Notes under the pieces: generated by a model
The model's input: the letters and a program-made list of their open reading frames with translations, nothing else
Told to the model about the DNA's origin: nothing
Databases searched by the model: none
Source of the DNA: Mobula hypostoma
Lineage: Eukaryota
Direction of reading: 5' to 3'
NCBI RefSeq assembly: GCF_963921235.1
Contig: NC_086098.1
Span: forward strand, 3,906,001 to 3,970,000
Length of the DNA stretch: 64,000 nucleotides
Translations under genes and position numbers: made by a program
Part shown: positions 37,801-50,390 of the stretch, piece after piece
Numbering within the stretch: position 1 is the stretch's first letter
Layout: every line of letters begins with the position of its first letter

Positions 37801-38194
37801 AAATCTCATCACCAATCACAGGCAGAACTTCCCTTCTGGAGCTTCTTTGTCTGACAAAGCACTCCATGCATTAGGGTCTCCCCTTCAGATAGGATACTCC
37901 AGACGTCTTCCCTAATCCTCTCCTCTCTGCATCTCCCGCCAAAATACTCTGAACTTGACTGCTAGCCGTCAGAAATATCTCTCTAGAACTTTCTCCCCAT
38001 CCCACCATCCTGATTGGCTGACACAGTATTCTTAAGTTAGCAACATGACTCCTTTATCCGAAACCAGCAGGGGTCATTGCTTTTTCAGAGAACTGCTAAA
38101 ATAAAATACTTCACAGCATAGCAGTGCATTCTATGTGATTTATAGTAATGTTATGGCTTTGCACTGTACTGCAGCTGTCAAGTAACACATTTCA

Positions 38195-38825
38195 TAAGAC
38201 TATAAGATATAGGAGCAGAATTAGGCCATTTGGCTCATTGAATCTGCTCTGCCATTTCACCATGGCTGATCCATTTCCCTCTCAGCCTCAGTCTTCTGCC
38301 TTCTCCCCGTATCCCTTCATGCCCTGACTAATCAAGAATCTATCAACCTCTGCCTTAAATATACCCAATGACTTGGTCTCTACAGCTGCCTGTAGCAACG
38401 AATTCCACAGATTCACCACTTTCTGGATAAAGAAAATCCTCCTCATCTCTGTTCTAAATGGACATCTGAGGCTGTGTCCTCTGGTCTTAGTCTCCCAAAC
38501 CATAGGAAACATCATATTCACTCTATTGAGACCTTTTAACACTCGATAGGTTTAACTGCGATCCCCCTCATTCTGTGAATTCCAGTGAGTACAGGCCCAG
38601 AGCCATCTAATGCTCCTCATATGATGCCTGTCAATCCCAGTATCATTTTCGTGAACTTCCTTTGAGCCCTCTCCAGTGTCAGCATATCCTTCCTTAGATA
38701 AGGGGTCCAGAACTGCTCACAATTCTCAAGTGGTGCCTCACCAGTGCTTTATAAAGCCTCATCATTACATCCCTCCTTTTATATTCTAGTCCACTGGAAA
38801 TGCTATTATTGCATTGCCTTCATTT
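38195..38825 (-). mobile_element. CR1 3' fragment
   Basis: 'FPMVWETKTRGHSL...NLWNSLLQAAVETKSLGIFKAEVDRFL'; (ataagac)n tail. Confidence 0.85.
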
Positions 38826-38929
38826 TCTTGCATTTTTATTTTATATAAGGCAATGATAATAATCCTGATTCTGGTTCTGAACACTCCTTACACAATTCAC
38901 AATATCCTTATTTGGTCTGCTTTTCTCAG

Positions 38930-39120
38930 GAGTGTGAACAAGCGCTTGGTCCAGCTCATTCAGCAGGTTCCCCTGCCTTCTCACAGCCTTCCAGCACCGT
39001 TAGTTGCCAAAGAGCGCCACCTAGTGATCGCCGGTGCTCTCTGGAAGAATTTCTTCCCCTTCGTGAAGAGCCAAAGACTGTCACAGACACCTTCTTCGCA
39101 GACAGCTGACGTGGCTGCAG
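38930..39120 (+). CDS. MMS22L: MMS22-like DNA repair protein, internal coding exon (first in window)
   Basis: Acceptor ttttctcAG, donor G|gtcagt; 191 nt, phase 2 in and phase 1 out. Encodes (R)SVNKRLVQLIQQVPLPSHSLPAPLVAKERHLVIAGALWKNFFPFVKSQRLSQTPSSQTADVAA(G), matching my recollection of vertebrate MMS22L 'AKERHL...ALWRHFFSFLKSQRMSQ...ADAAA'. Confidence 0.93.
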
Positions 39121-39149
39121 GTCAGTACCTCCCTGTTACAGGTCTTTGA

Positions 39150-39835
39150 AAATTGCCTCATAAGGCCGAGAGTGGGATTAATGACAGGATTCTTAGCACT
39201 GTGGAGGAACAGAGGGATCTTGGAGGTCTACGACCAGAGATCCCTCAAAAGTTCTTGCTGAGGCTGATCAGGTTGTTATGGTGTATGGTGTGTTGGCCTT
39301 AGTTCATCAGGGGATTGAGTTCAACAGCCTTAGTGGTACAGCTTGATAAAAAAAAGATGGAATATTGAGTTCAGTTCTGGTCCCTTCGTTATAGGAAGCA
39401 TGTGGAAGCTTCAGGGAGGGTGCAAGGGACATATACTGGGATGATGCCTGGACTGAACGAGCTTGGGCTTTTCTCTTTGGAGCAAAGGAGGAGGAGAGGT
39501 GACGATAGAGGTGTAAAAGATGATAAGCATTGATCCAATTGACAGCCAAAGACTTTTTCCCAGGTAGCAATGGCCCTTACAAGGAAGCTTAATTCTAAGG
39601 GGATTGAAAGAAAGTGTGGAGGGATGTTAGAGGTATTTTTTTTTACACGGAGAATGGTAGATGTGAAAAACACGCTGTCATTGGTGCTGGCAGAGGCAGA
39701 CATATTAAGGATAGCACATTGATGATAGAAAAATGGAGGACTATGCATGAAGGAAGGGTTTGATTGATCACGGAGTAGGTTAAAAGATCTACACAACATT
39801 GTGGGTCGATGGCCCTGCACTGTGCTGTACACAGT
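39150..39835 (+). mobile_element. Old CR1 3' fragment starting about 30 bp after the exon
   Basis: Degenerate 'gtggaggaacagagggatcttgg...ttctggtc...gagcaaaggaggaggagaggtgac' CR1 signature. Confidence 0.75.
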
Positions 39836-40610
39836 ACGTAGCAAAGAGAAACGAATTCTGCTCCTACTTGTTCAGGAGAATATTTCCAAATGTGATAGCT
39901 GAAAACACAATGAGATCTGCAGATGCTGGAAATCTTGAGGAGCACATGCAAAATGTTGGAAGAACTCAAAAGTTCAATCAGCATCTATGGAGATGAATAA
40001 ATAGTCAACATTTCGGGCCAAGACCTTTTATCAGAACAGAATAAGAAGAGGAGACCAAACACTCAGAGGAAGCCCACATGGTCACGGAGAGAGCTTACGA
40101 ATTCCTTAAAGACAAAGTTCAAAGTAAATTTGTTTTCAAAGAACATCTATGCCACCATATACGACCCTGAGAATCATTCTCTTGCAGGCATACCCAATAA
40201 ATCCATAGAATAATAACACAACAGAATCAGTGAAAGCCCGCACCAATCAGTGTGCAAAAGACAACAAACCGTGCACACACAGAAAGAAGTAAATAATAAT
40301 AAGCAATAGATATCGAGAACTTGGGATGAAGAGTCCTTGAAAGTGAATCCATAGGTTATGGGAAGGTTTCAATGATGGGGCAAGTGAGGTTGAGGGAAGT
40401 TATCCTCTTTGGTTCAAAAGCCTGAAGGTTGAGGGGTGATAGCTGTTCCTGAACCTGGTGGTGTGAGTCCTGAGGCTCCTGTACTTTCTTCTTGATGGCA
40501 GCAGTGAGAAGAGAGCATGTCTTGGGTGGTGGGTGTCCTTGATGATGGATGCTAACTCCCTGTGACAACACTCCGTGTAGATGTGCTCAATGGTGAAGAA
40601 AGCTTCACCA

Positions 40611-43600
40611 TTGTCAAGGGCAGGTCATGCCTTACGAGCCTGATTGAATTTTTTGAGGATGTGACTAAACACATTGATGAAGGAAGAGCAGTAGATGTAG
40701 TGTATATGGATTTCAGCAAGGCATTTGATAAGGTACCCCATGCAAGGCTTATTGAGATGGGATATTGGGAGGCATGGGATCCAAGGGGGCATTGCTTTGT
40801 GGATCCAGAACTAGCATGCGCTCAGAAGGCAAAGAGTGGTTGTAGACAAGTCATATTCTGCAAGGAGGTTGGTGACCAGTGGTGTGCCTCAGGGATCTGT
40901 TCTGGGAACTTACTCTTCGTGATTTTTATAAATAACCTGGATGAGGAAGTGGAGGGATGGGTTAGAACATAGAATAGTGCAGCACAGTACAGGCCCTTAG
41001 GCCCACAATGTTGTACCGACCCTCAAACCCTGCCTCCCATACAACCCCCCACTTTAAATTCCTCCATATACCTGTCCAGTAGTCTCTTAAATTTCACTAG
41101 TGTATCTGCCTCCACCACTGACTCAGACATTGTATTCCACGCACCAACCACTCTCTGAGTGAAAAACCTTCCTCTAATATCCCCCTTGAACTTCCCACCC
41201 CTTACCTTAAAGCCATGTCCTCTTGTATTGAGCAGTGGTGCCCTGGGGAAGAGGTGCTGGCTGTCCACTCTATCTATTCCTTGTAATATCTTGTATGTCT
41301 CTATCATATCTCCTCTCATCCTCCTTCTCTCCAAAGAGTAAAGCCCTAACTCCCTTAATCTCTGAACATAATGCCTACTCTCTAAACCAGACAGCCTCCT
41401 GGTAAATCTCCTCTGTACCCTTTCCAATGCTTCCACATCCTTCCTATACTGAGGCGACCAGAAGTGGACACAGTACTCCAAGTGTGGCCTAACCAGAGTT
41501 TTATAGAGCTGCATCATTACATCGCGACGCTTAAACTCTATCCCTTGACTTATGAAAGCTAACACCCCATAAGTTTTCTTAACTACCCTATCTACCAGTG
41601 AGGCAACTTTCAGGGATCTGTGGACATGTACCCCCAGATCCCTCTGCTCCTCCACACTACCAAGTATTCTGCCATTTACTTTGTACTCTGCCTTGGAGTT
41701 TGTCCTTCCAAAGTGTACCACCTCACACTTCTCCGGGTTGAACGCCATCTGCCACTTCTCAGCCCACTTCCGCATCCTATCAATGTCTCTCTGCAATCTT
41801 TGACAATCCTCACTATCTACAACACCATCGACCTTTGTGTCGTCTGCAAACATGCCAACCCACCCTTCTACCCCCACATCCAGGTCGTTGATAAAAATCA
41901 CGAAAAGTAGAGGTCCCAGAACAGGTCCTTGTGGGACACCACTAGTCACAACCCTCCAATCCGAATGTACTCCCTCCACCACGACCCTCTGCCTTCTGCA
42001 GGCAAGCCAATTCTGAATCCACTTGGCCAAACTTCCCTGGATCCCATGCCTTCTGACCTTCTGAATAAGCCTACCATGTGGAGCCTTGTCAAGTGTCTTA
42101 CTAAAATCCATGTAGATCACATCCACTGCACTACCCTCATCTCTATGCCTGGTCACCTCCTCAAAGAACTCTATCATGATCTGCCCTTCACAAAGCCATG
42201 CTGACTGTCCCTGATCAGACCATGATTCTCTAAATGCCCATAGATCCTATCTCTAAGAATCTTTTCCAACAACTTTCCCACCACAGATGTAAGGCTCACT
42301 GGTCTATAATTACCCGGACTATCCCTACTACCTTTTTTGAACAAGGGGTCAACATTCGCCTCCCTCCAATCCTCCGGTACCATTCCCGTGGACAACGAGG
42401 ACATAAAGATCCTAGCCAGAGGCTCAGCAATCTCTTCCCTTGCCTCATGGAGCAGCCTGGGGAATATTCTGTCAGGCCCCGGGGACTTATCCGTCCTAAT
42501 ATATTTTAACAACTCCAACACCTCCTCTCCCTTAATATCAACATGCTCCAGAACATCAACTTCACTCATATTGTCCTCACCATCATCAAGTTCCCTCTCA
42601 TTGGTGAATACCGAAGAGAAGTATTCATTGAGGACCTCGCTCACTTCCACAGCCTCCAGGCACATCTTCCCACCTTTATCTCTAATCGGTCCTGCCTTCA
42701 CTCCTGTCATCCTTTTGTTCTTCACATAATTGAAGAATGCCTTGGGGTTTTCCTTTACTCTGCTCGCCAAGGCCTTCTCATGCCCCCTTCTTGCCCTTCT
42801 CAGCCCCTTCTTAAGCTCCTTTCTTGCTTCCCTATATTCCTCAATAGAACCATCTGATCCTTGCTTCCTAAACCTCATGTATGCTACCTTCTTCCACCTG
42901 ACTAGATTTTCCACCTCATGTCACCCAATGTTCCTTCACCCTACCATTCTTTATCTTCCTCACCGGGACAAATTTATCCCTAACATCCTGCAAAATATCG
43001 CTAAACATCGACCACATGTCCATAGTACATTTCCTTGCAAAAACATCATTCCAATTCGCACCCGCAAGTTCTAGCCTTATAGCCTCATAATTTGCCCTTC
43101 CCCAATTAAAAATTTTCCTGTCCTCTCTGATTCTATCCTTTTCCATGATAATACTGAAGGGCAGGGGACCTGACCCAGTTCGTTACCTAGTATTAGATCT
43201 AGTATGGCATTCCCCCGAGTCGGCCTGTCAACATACTGTGACAGAAATCTATCCTGGACACACTTAACAAACTCTGCTCCGTCTAAATCATTGGAACTAA
43301 TCAGCTGCCAATCAATATTAAGGAAGTTAAAGTCACCCATGATAATAACCCTGTTATTTTTGCACCTTTTCCAAAATCTGCCTCCCAATCTGCTCCTCTG
43401 TATCTCTACTGCTACCGGGGGCCTATAGAATACCCCCAGTAGAGTAACTGCTCCCTTCCTGTTCCTGACTTCCACCCATATTGACTCAAAAGAGGATCTT
43501 GCTACATTACCCACCCTTTCTATGGCTGTAATAGTATCCCTGACCAGTAATGCCACCCCTCCTCCCCTTTTTCCACCCTCTCTATCCCTTTTAAAGTGCT

Positions 43601-45285
43601 GAAATCCATTCCTGCCCTGGTACCAGCCAAGTCTCTGTAATGGCCACTACATAATAATTCCATGTATGTATCCAAGCTCTCAGTTCATCACCTTTGTTCC
43701 TGATGCTTCTTGCATTGAGGTACACACACTTCAGCCCTTCTACCTTACTACCTTTACATCCTTTATTCTGTTTCTCTTTCCTCAAAGCCACTGTTAGATC
43801 TGGCTTTACTTTACTTCTTTCACAGCTCTATCACTCCGGGTCCCATCCCCCTTGCAAATTAGTTTAAACCCTCCCGAACCATGCTAGCAAACCTACCTGC
43901 AAGGATATTGCACCCCCTCAAGTTCAGGTGCAACCCATCCAATCTGTACAGGTCCCACCTTCCCCAGAAGAGATCCCAATGATCCAAAAATCTAAAACCC
44001 TGCACCAACTCTTCAGCCACGCATTCAACTGCCATCTTCTCCAATTCTTACCATCACTATCACGTAGCGCTGGCAGCAATCCTGAGAACGCTACCCTTGA
44101 GGTCCTGTTCTTCAGCCTTCTACCTAGTTCCCTTCTGTCATGCACCCGGACAGAGACATCCCAGACCCTGGCACCCAGGAGGTAAGAAACCATGCGGGTG
44201 TCCTTCTCACGTCCAGAAAATCTCCTGTCTGCTCCCCTGACTATAGAGTCCCTAATGACGACAGCTCTCCTCTTCTCCGTCCCACCCTTCTGCACCACAG
44301 GGTCAGACTCAGTGCCAGGGGCCCTGCCACCGTGGCTCACACCTGGTCGGTCTTCCCCGCCAACAGTATCCAGGGCAGTTAGTAAGTTTGCTGATGACAC
44401 AAAGGTTGGAGGTGTTGTGGATAGTGTGGAGGGTTGATAGTGGGACATTGATAGGATGTAAAATTGGGCTGAGAAGTGGCAGATGGAGTTCAACCCAGGT
44501 AAGTGTGAAGTGGTTCATTTTGGTAGGTCAAATATGATGGCAGAATATCGTATTAATGGTAAGACTCTTGGCAGTGTGGAGGATCAGAGGGATCTTGGGG
44601 TCCGAGTCCATAGGACACTCAAAGCTGCTGCACAGGTTGACTGTGTGGTTAAGAAGGCATACGGTGTATTGGCCTTCATCAATCGTGGAATTGAGTTTAG
44701 GAGCTGAGAGGTAATGTTGCAGATACATAGGACCCTGGTCAGACCCCACTTGGAGTACTGTGCTCAGTTCTAGTCACCTCACTACAGGAAGGGTGTGGAA
44801 AGCATAGAAAGGGTGCAGAAGAGATTTACAAGGATGTTTCCTGGATTGGGGAGCATGCCTTATGAAAACAGGTTGAGTGAACTCGGCCTTTTCTCGTTGG
44901 AGTGACAGAGAATGAGAGGTGACCTGATAGAGGTGTATAAGATGATGAGAGGCATTGATTGCGTGGATAGTCAGAGGCTTTTTCCCAGGGCTGAAATGGT
45001 TGCCACAAGAGGACACAGGTTTAAGGTGCTGGGGAGTAGATACAGAGGAGATGTCAGGGGTAAGTTTTTTTACGCAGAGAGTGGTGAGTGCGTGGAATGG
45101 GCTGCCAGCAACGTTGGTGGAAGTGGATACAATAGGGTCTTTTAAGAGACTTTTAGATAGGTACATGGAGCTTAGAAAAATAGAGGGCTATGGGGAAGTC
45201 TAGTAATTTCAAAGGTAGGGACATGTTCAGCACAACTTTGTGGACTGAAGGGCCTGTATTTTGCTGTAGGTTTTCTATGTTTCTA
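40611..45285 (+). mobile_element. CR1 RT fragment (40611-40965 plus 44378-45285) split by an antisense CR1
   Basis: Reads 'NNLDEEVEGWV' on the left and resumes 'SKFADDTKVGG' on the right of the insert; ttctatgtttct tail at about 45285. Confidence 0.9.
40966..44377 (-). mobile_element. Long CR1-type LINE with ORF1 SGNH-esterase remnant and ORF2 endonuclease and RT
   Basis: ORF1 'RRAVVIRDSIVRG...DGLHLN'; endonuclease 'YLNARSI', 'ITETWL', 'GVFYRPP' and 'MGDFN'; RT in ORFs 42174-42914 and 41023-42177; flanked by the direct repeat gttag (40961-40965 and 44378-44382). Confidence 0.95.
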
Positions 45286-45978
45286 TGATGGGGGACTGGG
45301 CTGACTGCACTACTTTCTGTAGGATTTTCCATTGAAGGGCATTGGTGTTTTCATAACAGGCCATGATGTTGCCAGTCAATATATTCTCCACTACATATCT
45401 ATAGAAGTTTGTCAAAGTTTTAGATGTCACGCCAAATCTTTGCAAACTCTTAAGGAAGTAGAGGCACTGCCATGCTTTCTTCATAATTGTGCTTATGTGC
45501 TGGGCCAAGGATCGGTCCTTCAAAATGGTAGTATTTATTTTGGCGATGTGTATCGAACACTGTAAAGCATTACATTAACCATTACACTACTGTACTGAAC
45601 TTTTGGAGTCTGTTTATTTGTTTACTTTTTAAAAGCTTGGTAGCTGTTGGCGCTATATAGTTCTTTCACTGGTGACATTTTGAACTTCACAATTTTCGGT
45701 TTTCACTTTTGTTTTTTCTGTGTTAATCCTATAACTAATGATTCTGTGAAAATCATTTGAGCCAATGAACTGGATAGAGTCATAGGACATTATAGCACAG
45801 ATTGATAGCTCAGCACGGTCTAGATGGGACAAAACGTCTGTTTTATGCTGTAGTGCTCTATGGCTATGTTACAAAAACTCATCCTGCGCTGTGACCAATG
45901 CACAAAGGATAGTTTTTTATATGAGGATTAACATTGTTTGTATAGGTTTTAATAAAACTAGAATATTCTATATTTCAG

Positions 45979-46129
45979 GTTTTACGCTCTTAGCAATAGA
46001 TATGCCAAGCACCGCGCCGTCAGATCTCCAACCACAACCTCTCATAAGCATGATGCAGATATTTGGCTGGGATGATATGGTGCACCCCCAGCTGGTGTCT
46101 CGATATCTCAGTCATCTCATTCAAAACAG
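45979..46129 (+). CDS. MMS22L: MMS22L internal coding exon
   Basis: Acceptor tatttcAG, donor AG|gtaaaa; 151 nt, phase 1 in and phase 2 out. Encodes (G)FTLLAIDMPSTAPSDLQPQPLISMMQIFGWDDMVHPQLVSRYLSHLIQN(S), very close to recalled MMS22L 'FTLLAMDMPSTAPSDFQPQPVISIIQLFGWDD'. Confidence 0.96.
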
Positions 46130-46877
46130 GTAAAATACTGAATCTTTTCTTGACTTTGTATTCTCTCATTTTATTGTAAGCCTCCGTCCCTGCCAATGGT
46201 CAGCACTAGGCTCCAGCACCTTGTTCTCACAGGTGTAATGCAAGACTTTGAACACATATCACAGTCTGAGTTTTCCTACTCAGGTATGTTACATCCATTT
46301 ATCAAAGTTCAAAATAAATTTATTATCAAAGTACAAATATGACTCCGTATACTACCCTGAGATTCATTTTCTGCGGACTTTCACAGTACATACATAGAGT
46401 CACAATAGAATCAATGAAAACCAGACAAAACAAGATGGACAAACAACCAATGTGCAAAAGGCATCAAATTGTGCAAATGAAAAAAGTAAAAACAAATTAA
46501 TATTAAAAATTGAAAACCTGTGTGTGTATGGGTGTCTGTCTGTGCATATACATATAAACCATATCAAGTTAATGGGTATTCAGGGATAAATCATTGAAAC
46601 ACAAGTTGTTAAGTGTAGAGTAGATATGTTGGCTTATTTTGAGCTTGGATCAGCATTCAGGGCAGAAGCAAAAAGACATTTCTCCAGAAAGCGTTGACAG
46701 TTCGGACTGATCAATCAATGACTCTATGGAGATTACAATGCTCCAAACAAAAACACAGATCCACATTATTCTTACCAATTTATGCTTGGAGAAATACACT
46801 TAAAATTTCATTATTTTAATTTTGTATTCGTGGTTCAAAATACTAACGTCAGACTTAAATTTTCTTTGTCACAGAAG

Positions 46878-47190
46878 CACATTGAATCTCCACAGTTTCC
46901 ACATTGAATCTCCAGATTCCATATTGAATCTCCGATTTCCTTATTGAATCTCCACAGTTTCCACATTGAATCTCCAATTTCCACACTGAACCTCTACAGT
47001 TTCCACATTGAATCTCTACAGTTTTCACATTGAATCTCCACAGTTTTCACATTGAATCTCCAGTTTTCACATTGAATCTCCAATTTCCACATTGAATCTC
47101 CAGTTTCCACATTGAATCTCTAGTTTCCATATTGAATCTCCAGTTTCCACATTGAATCTCCACAGTTTCCACACTGAAGCATTACAGTTT
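46878..47190. repeat. Minisatellite with a 20-22 bp unit
   Basis: About 14 copies of 'cacattgaatctcca(ca)gtttc'. Confidence 0.92.
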
Positions 47191-47417
47191 CCATTAACAC
47201 CAACTTCAGGGAGCAGTGTCTCAGAAAGGCAGTGTCCATTACTAAGTACCTCCAGCACCCAGGGCATGCCCATGTCTTATTGTTACTATCAGGTAGGAGA
47301 TACAGAAGCCTGAAGGCACACACTCAGCGATTCAGGAACAGCTTCTTCCCCTCTGCCATCTGATTCCTAAATGTACATTGATCCTTTGGACATTATCTCA
47401 CTTTTTTAATATACAAT

Positions 47418-49098
47418 TGTAATGTTCTGTAAGGTTTCACTGCTGATGTAATGGCCTCTCTGCAATGTTTCACTGCTAATGTAATGGTTTCTCTCCAGCA
47501 GCAATGTTTGGGTTATGAGTAGAGATAATGGAGTCTTTGGAATGTCCACCATCCAATGAGAGGCCTGTTGTTCTTTCTTGTGGGTCTGAGAGAAGGGATT
47601 TTGTGGTCTTTTGTCAGCGAGGGATGAATAGAAGAGAAGGCGCCAGTGGAGAGAGTTGGTAGACCCCGGATGGAGTGGATTTAGAGCGAGGGAGCAAGGG
47701 TCCAAGGGTCAGCGACTCTCGGAGCAGGTCGATGGGGAATGAATGGACGGAACTGTGAGGTCCAATGAGCACATTAGGCTGTTTCATTAAAATGGGTCCT
47801 TTTTAAAAATTTCCTTTACTAACCTGATAGATTTATAAAGTCCAATCACTTAATTGCATATGGTGTACTATCTGATATTTTGCGGTTCGGATTTGTAACC
47901 AGGCAACACATCACACATCATCCACACAAACGAGATTTCTCAGTTTGGCCGGGCCAGAGGCTGTCTTCCCCTAGACAAACTCATGCTGGTCGAACCTAAG
48001 GGTTACAATTGTAGGGGTATCATTCTGGGATTGACTGTGTGATGCTGTGTGATTGCCCTGAGCATTGAACCAGTGGGTTGTGTGCTTAAGTCTGTGCTGG
48101 TATGGATGTTGCCGAGGTGGAGTGATGACGTGCCTCCGTGGGGTTACCGGTATCTAAAGTGTCTGTGTTGAGTCAGGAGGATATTCATGCTACGGATGAA
48201 TCGTTAATTCGATGTTTGAATACTGTTAAAACTGTTGGCAAAATTGAGGTTGTAGCGCGGAGGTATAAAATGGCGGGCTCTACCTTGTTTTAGTTCAGAC
48301 TAGCGCTGACGTAACGGTAGTGGAACTGTTCGCTACTATTGGTGCCCCAGGTGAGGCGGGGCCATGGCCTGTCCATACTTGCTGAGTCACAAGTCAAGCT
48401 TCCCGTAGCGGGGGGGGGGGGCAGACTTCAAAGACAGGGTTCTAATGTTTTGGAGGAGTGAGGGGAAGGAGTGGTCGGATTTGGAATGTCTAATTAGTCC
48501 CCGTCCCCCAGTGAAGAGTGAGGGTTCTGAGTTGGCATCAGCCCTTACCTCTCTGACGAATAATTGGCCCAGTGCACAGGCAGAGAACCCCCACCAGAAG
48601 TTAAGAATATTCTCTGGGATAACACCCACCCCTGAGGGGGAAGAGGAGTATGAGACGCAGGTGGAGCAGACCTCTCAGTCGTTAGATGAGTGTCAGTGCT
48701 CAGATGAAGTGAAGTGACAGAGATTGGTTGAAAGTTTGAGGGGGCTGGACGCTGACGTGATGAAAACTCAGAAAACATGGAAACCCCTAGCCAACACTGC
48801 CGATTACCTGGAAACATTGGAGGGTGCCTTTCAAACGACACGGAGCCCAATGGAACCCATGGTGGGGTTTCAGAACATGCATCAGGAGAAGGGGGAGAAG
48901 CTTTCTGTTTTCGTTTCTCGGCTGGAGTGGCAGCTAAATTGCTTGCAGCGCAGAGGGGTCATTCAGGCGGCTGAAGCTGATCATTTAAGAATGGACAACA
49001 CATCACACAGCATCCACACAAACGAGATTTCTCAGTTTGGCTGGGCTAAAGGCTGTCTTCCCCTAGACAAACATTGCTGGCCAACCCTGAGGGTTACA
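47418..49098 (+). mobile_element. Internally deleted Ty3/Gypsy LTR retrotransposon with a PNMA-like gag
   Basis: 5' LTR 47418-48007 (TGTAA...TTACA); gag 'KLRIFSG...GEEEYE...*QRLVESLRG...DYLETLEGAF...QEKGEKLSVFVSRLE'; the last ~100 bp of the LTR recur at about 48996-49098; flanks caat and cagt are a probable 4-bp TSD with one mismatch. Confidence 0.88.
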
Positions 49099-49149
49099 CA
49101 GTATTTCTGTTTTGTTGCACTTTTTTAAAATCTATTCCATATACGTGTA

Positions 49150-49480
49150 CCTTTCATCCCTCTTCCCTCCGGGAGAAGGCTCAGGAGCTTGAAGACTCGT
49201 ACGGCCAGATTTGGGAACAGCTTCTTTCCAACGGTGATAAGACTGCTGAATGGATCCTGACCCGGATCTGGGCCGTACCCTCCAAATATCCGGACCTGCC
49301 TCTCGGTTTTTTTGCAATACCTTACTTTCCATTTTTCTATTTTCTATTTATGATTTATAATTTAAATTTTTAATATTTACTATCGATTTGTAATCCAGGG
49401 AGCGGGAAGTGCTGAATCAAATATCGCTGTGACGATTGTACGCTCTAGTATCAATTGTTTGGCGACAATAAAGTATAAAG
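49150..49480 (+). mobile_element. Rex1/L2-like 3' fragment, CpG-rich and probably young
   Basis: 'LPSGRRLRSLKTRTARFGNSFFPTVIRLLN' followed by a UTR ending aataaagtataaag. Confidence 0.7.
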
Positions 49481-50259
49481 TAATTGATTTATTTATTATT
49501 ATTATTTTTATTTTATTTATTATTATTTTTATTCTCTCTATATTATGTATTGCATTGAACTGCTGCTGCTGAGTTAACAAATTTCACATCACATGCCGGT
49601 GATAATAAACCTGATTCTGATTCTGCAAATTGTACTCGTTTCTTTTCTTTTATGATTGAAGAACAAATTTTCACAATATAATTAGTTTTAACTTTGTTGG
49701 CGCATTTTTTTCACAGAAGTATTTTTTTACTGACTTTCTACTTCAGTTTTTCAGTTCAGATTCAGATTTATTTATTTATAAATGTTAGCATACGGTGAAA
49801 AGGATTGTTAACAACCCACACAACTGACAGTTGTACCGGGGGCAGCCTGCATTTGTTGCTACGCATTCCAGTGCCAACATAGCAAGCCCTCGATACTCTG
49901 CAGAACAACACGGAACTCAAATAATAAAGCAACAACAATGCAAAACTACCCCATCCCTTCCTTCCCCCCCCCCCCGCCAACTCCCACCCACACAATCTAG
50001 TACGTGGATTTAGTTGCTAATTTACAAAGACCAAAAATGCACAGTGTGATTACTTTAAAAACGAACCACCTTTTCAGTTTACATCTCTACAAAAATTGGT
50101 TGGACATCTTAAAATTTGTTTTCTGGGATCAGAGCAGATGTGCCAATATTTTTAGATATGCAGTAACTGTTCTAATTTTGAGCAAAGCAGTTTGTGCATA
50201 TCATGACCGAAGCAATAATTGCAGATGCCTAATTAGTCTTTGGTTTTCTCTCTCCACAG

Positions 50260-50390
50260 CTCCTTGGTAGATGCTCTCAGAAGCCAGGGTTGCAGTTCAT
50301 ACCAAACGTTTACAATCCATTCCTGGTTTCGGTGCATTTTGCAACAGTATGTGAGTCAGCCTGCGGATAAAATGCATGCCAACACAAGTG
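50260..50390 (+). CDS. MMS22L: MMS22L internal coding exon
   Basis: Acceptor ttttctctctccacAG, donor G|gtaagt; 131 nt, phase 2 in and phase 1 out. Encodes (S)SLVDALRSQGCSSYQTFTIHSWFRCILQQYVSQPADKMHANTS(G), compared with recalled MMS22L 'FQALTVRSWIRCVLQMY'. Not in the ORF track. Confidence 0.9.

Noticed and set aside
41023..42914. Functional reverse transcriptase gene or retron-like system
   Set aside because: This is a standard CR1 ORF2 split by frameshifts and deletions, and similar copies occur throughout the window.
46878..47190. CRISPR-like array of short repeats (also 29358-29950 and 60876-60956)
   Set aside because: Units are head-to-tail with no unique spacers, there are no cas genes and the context is a eukaryotic intron. 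These are minisatellites.
48445..49128. Domesticated PNMA-family host gene
   Set aside because: It has an in-frame stop and a disrupted N-terminus, is truncated into LTR sequence and has an LTR/TSD context, so it is a decayed retrotransposon.
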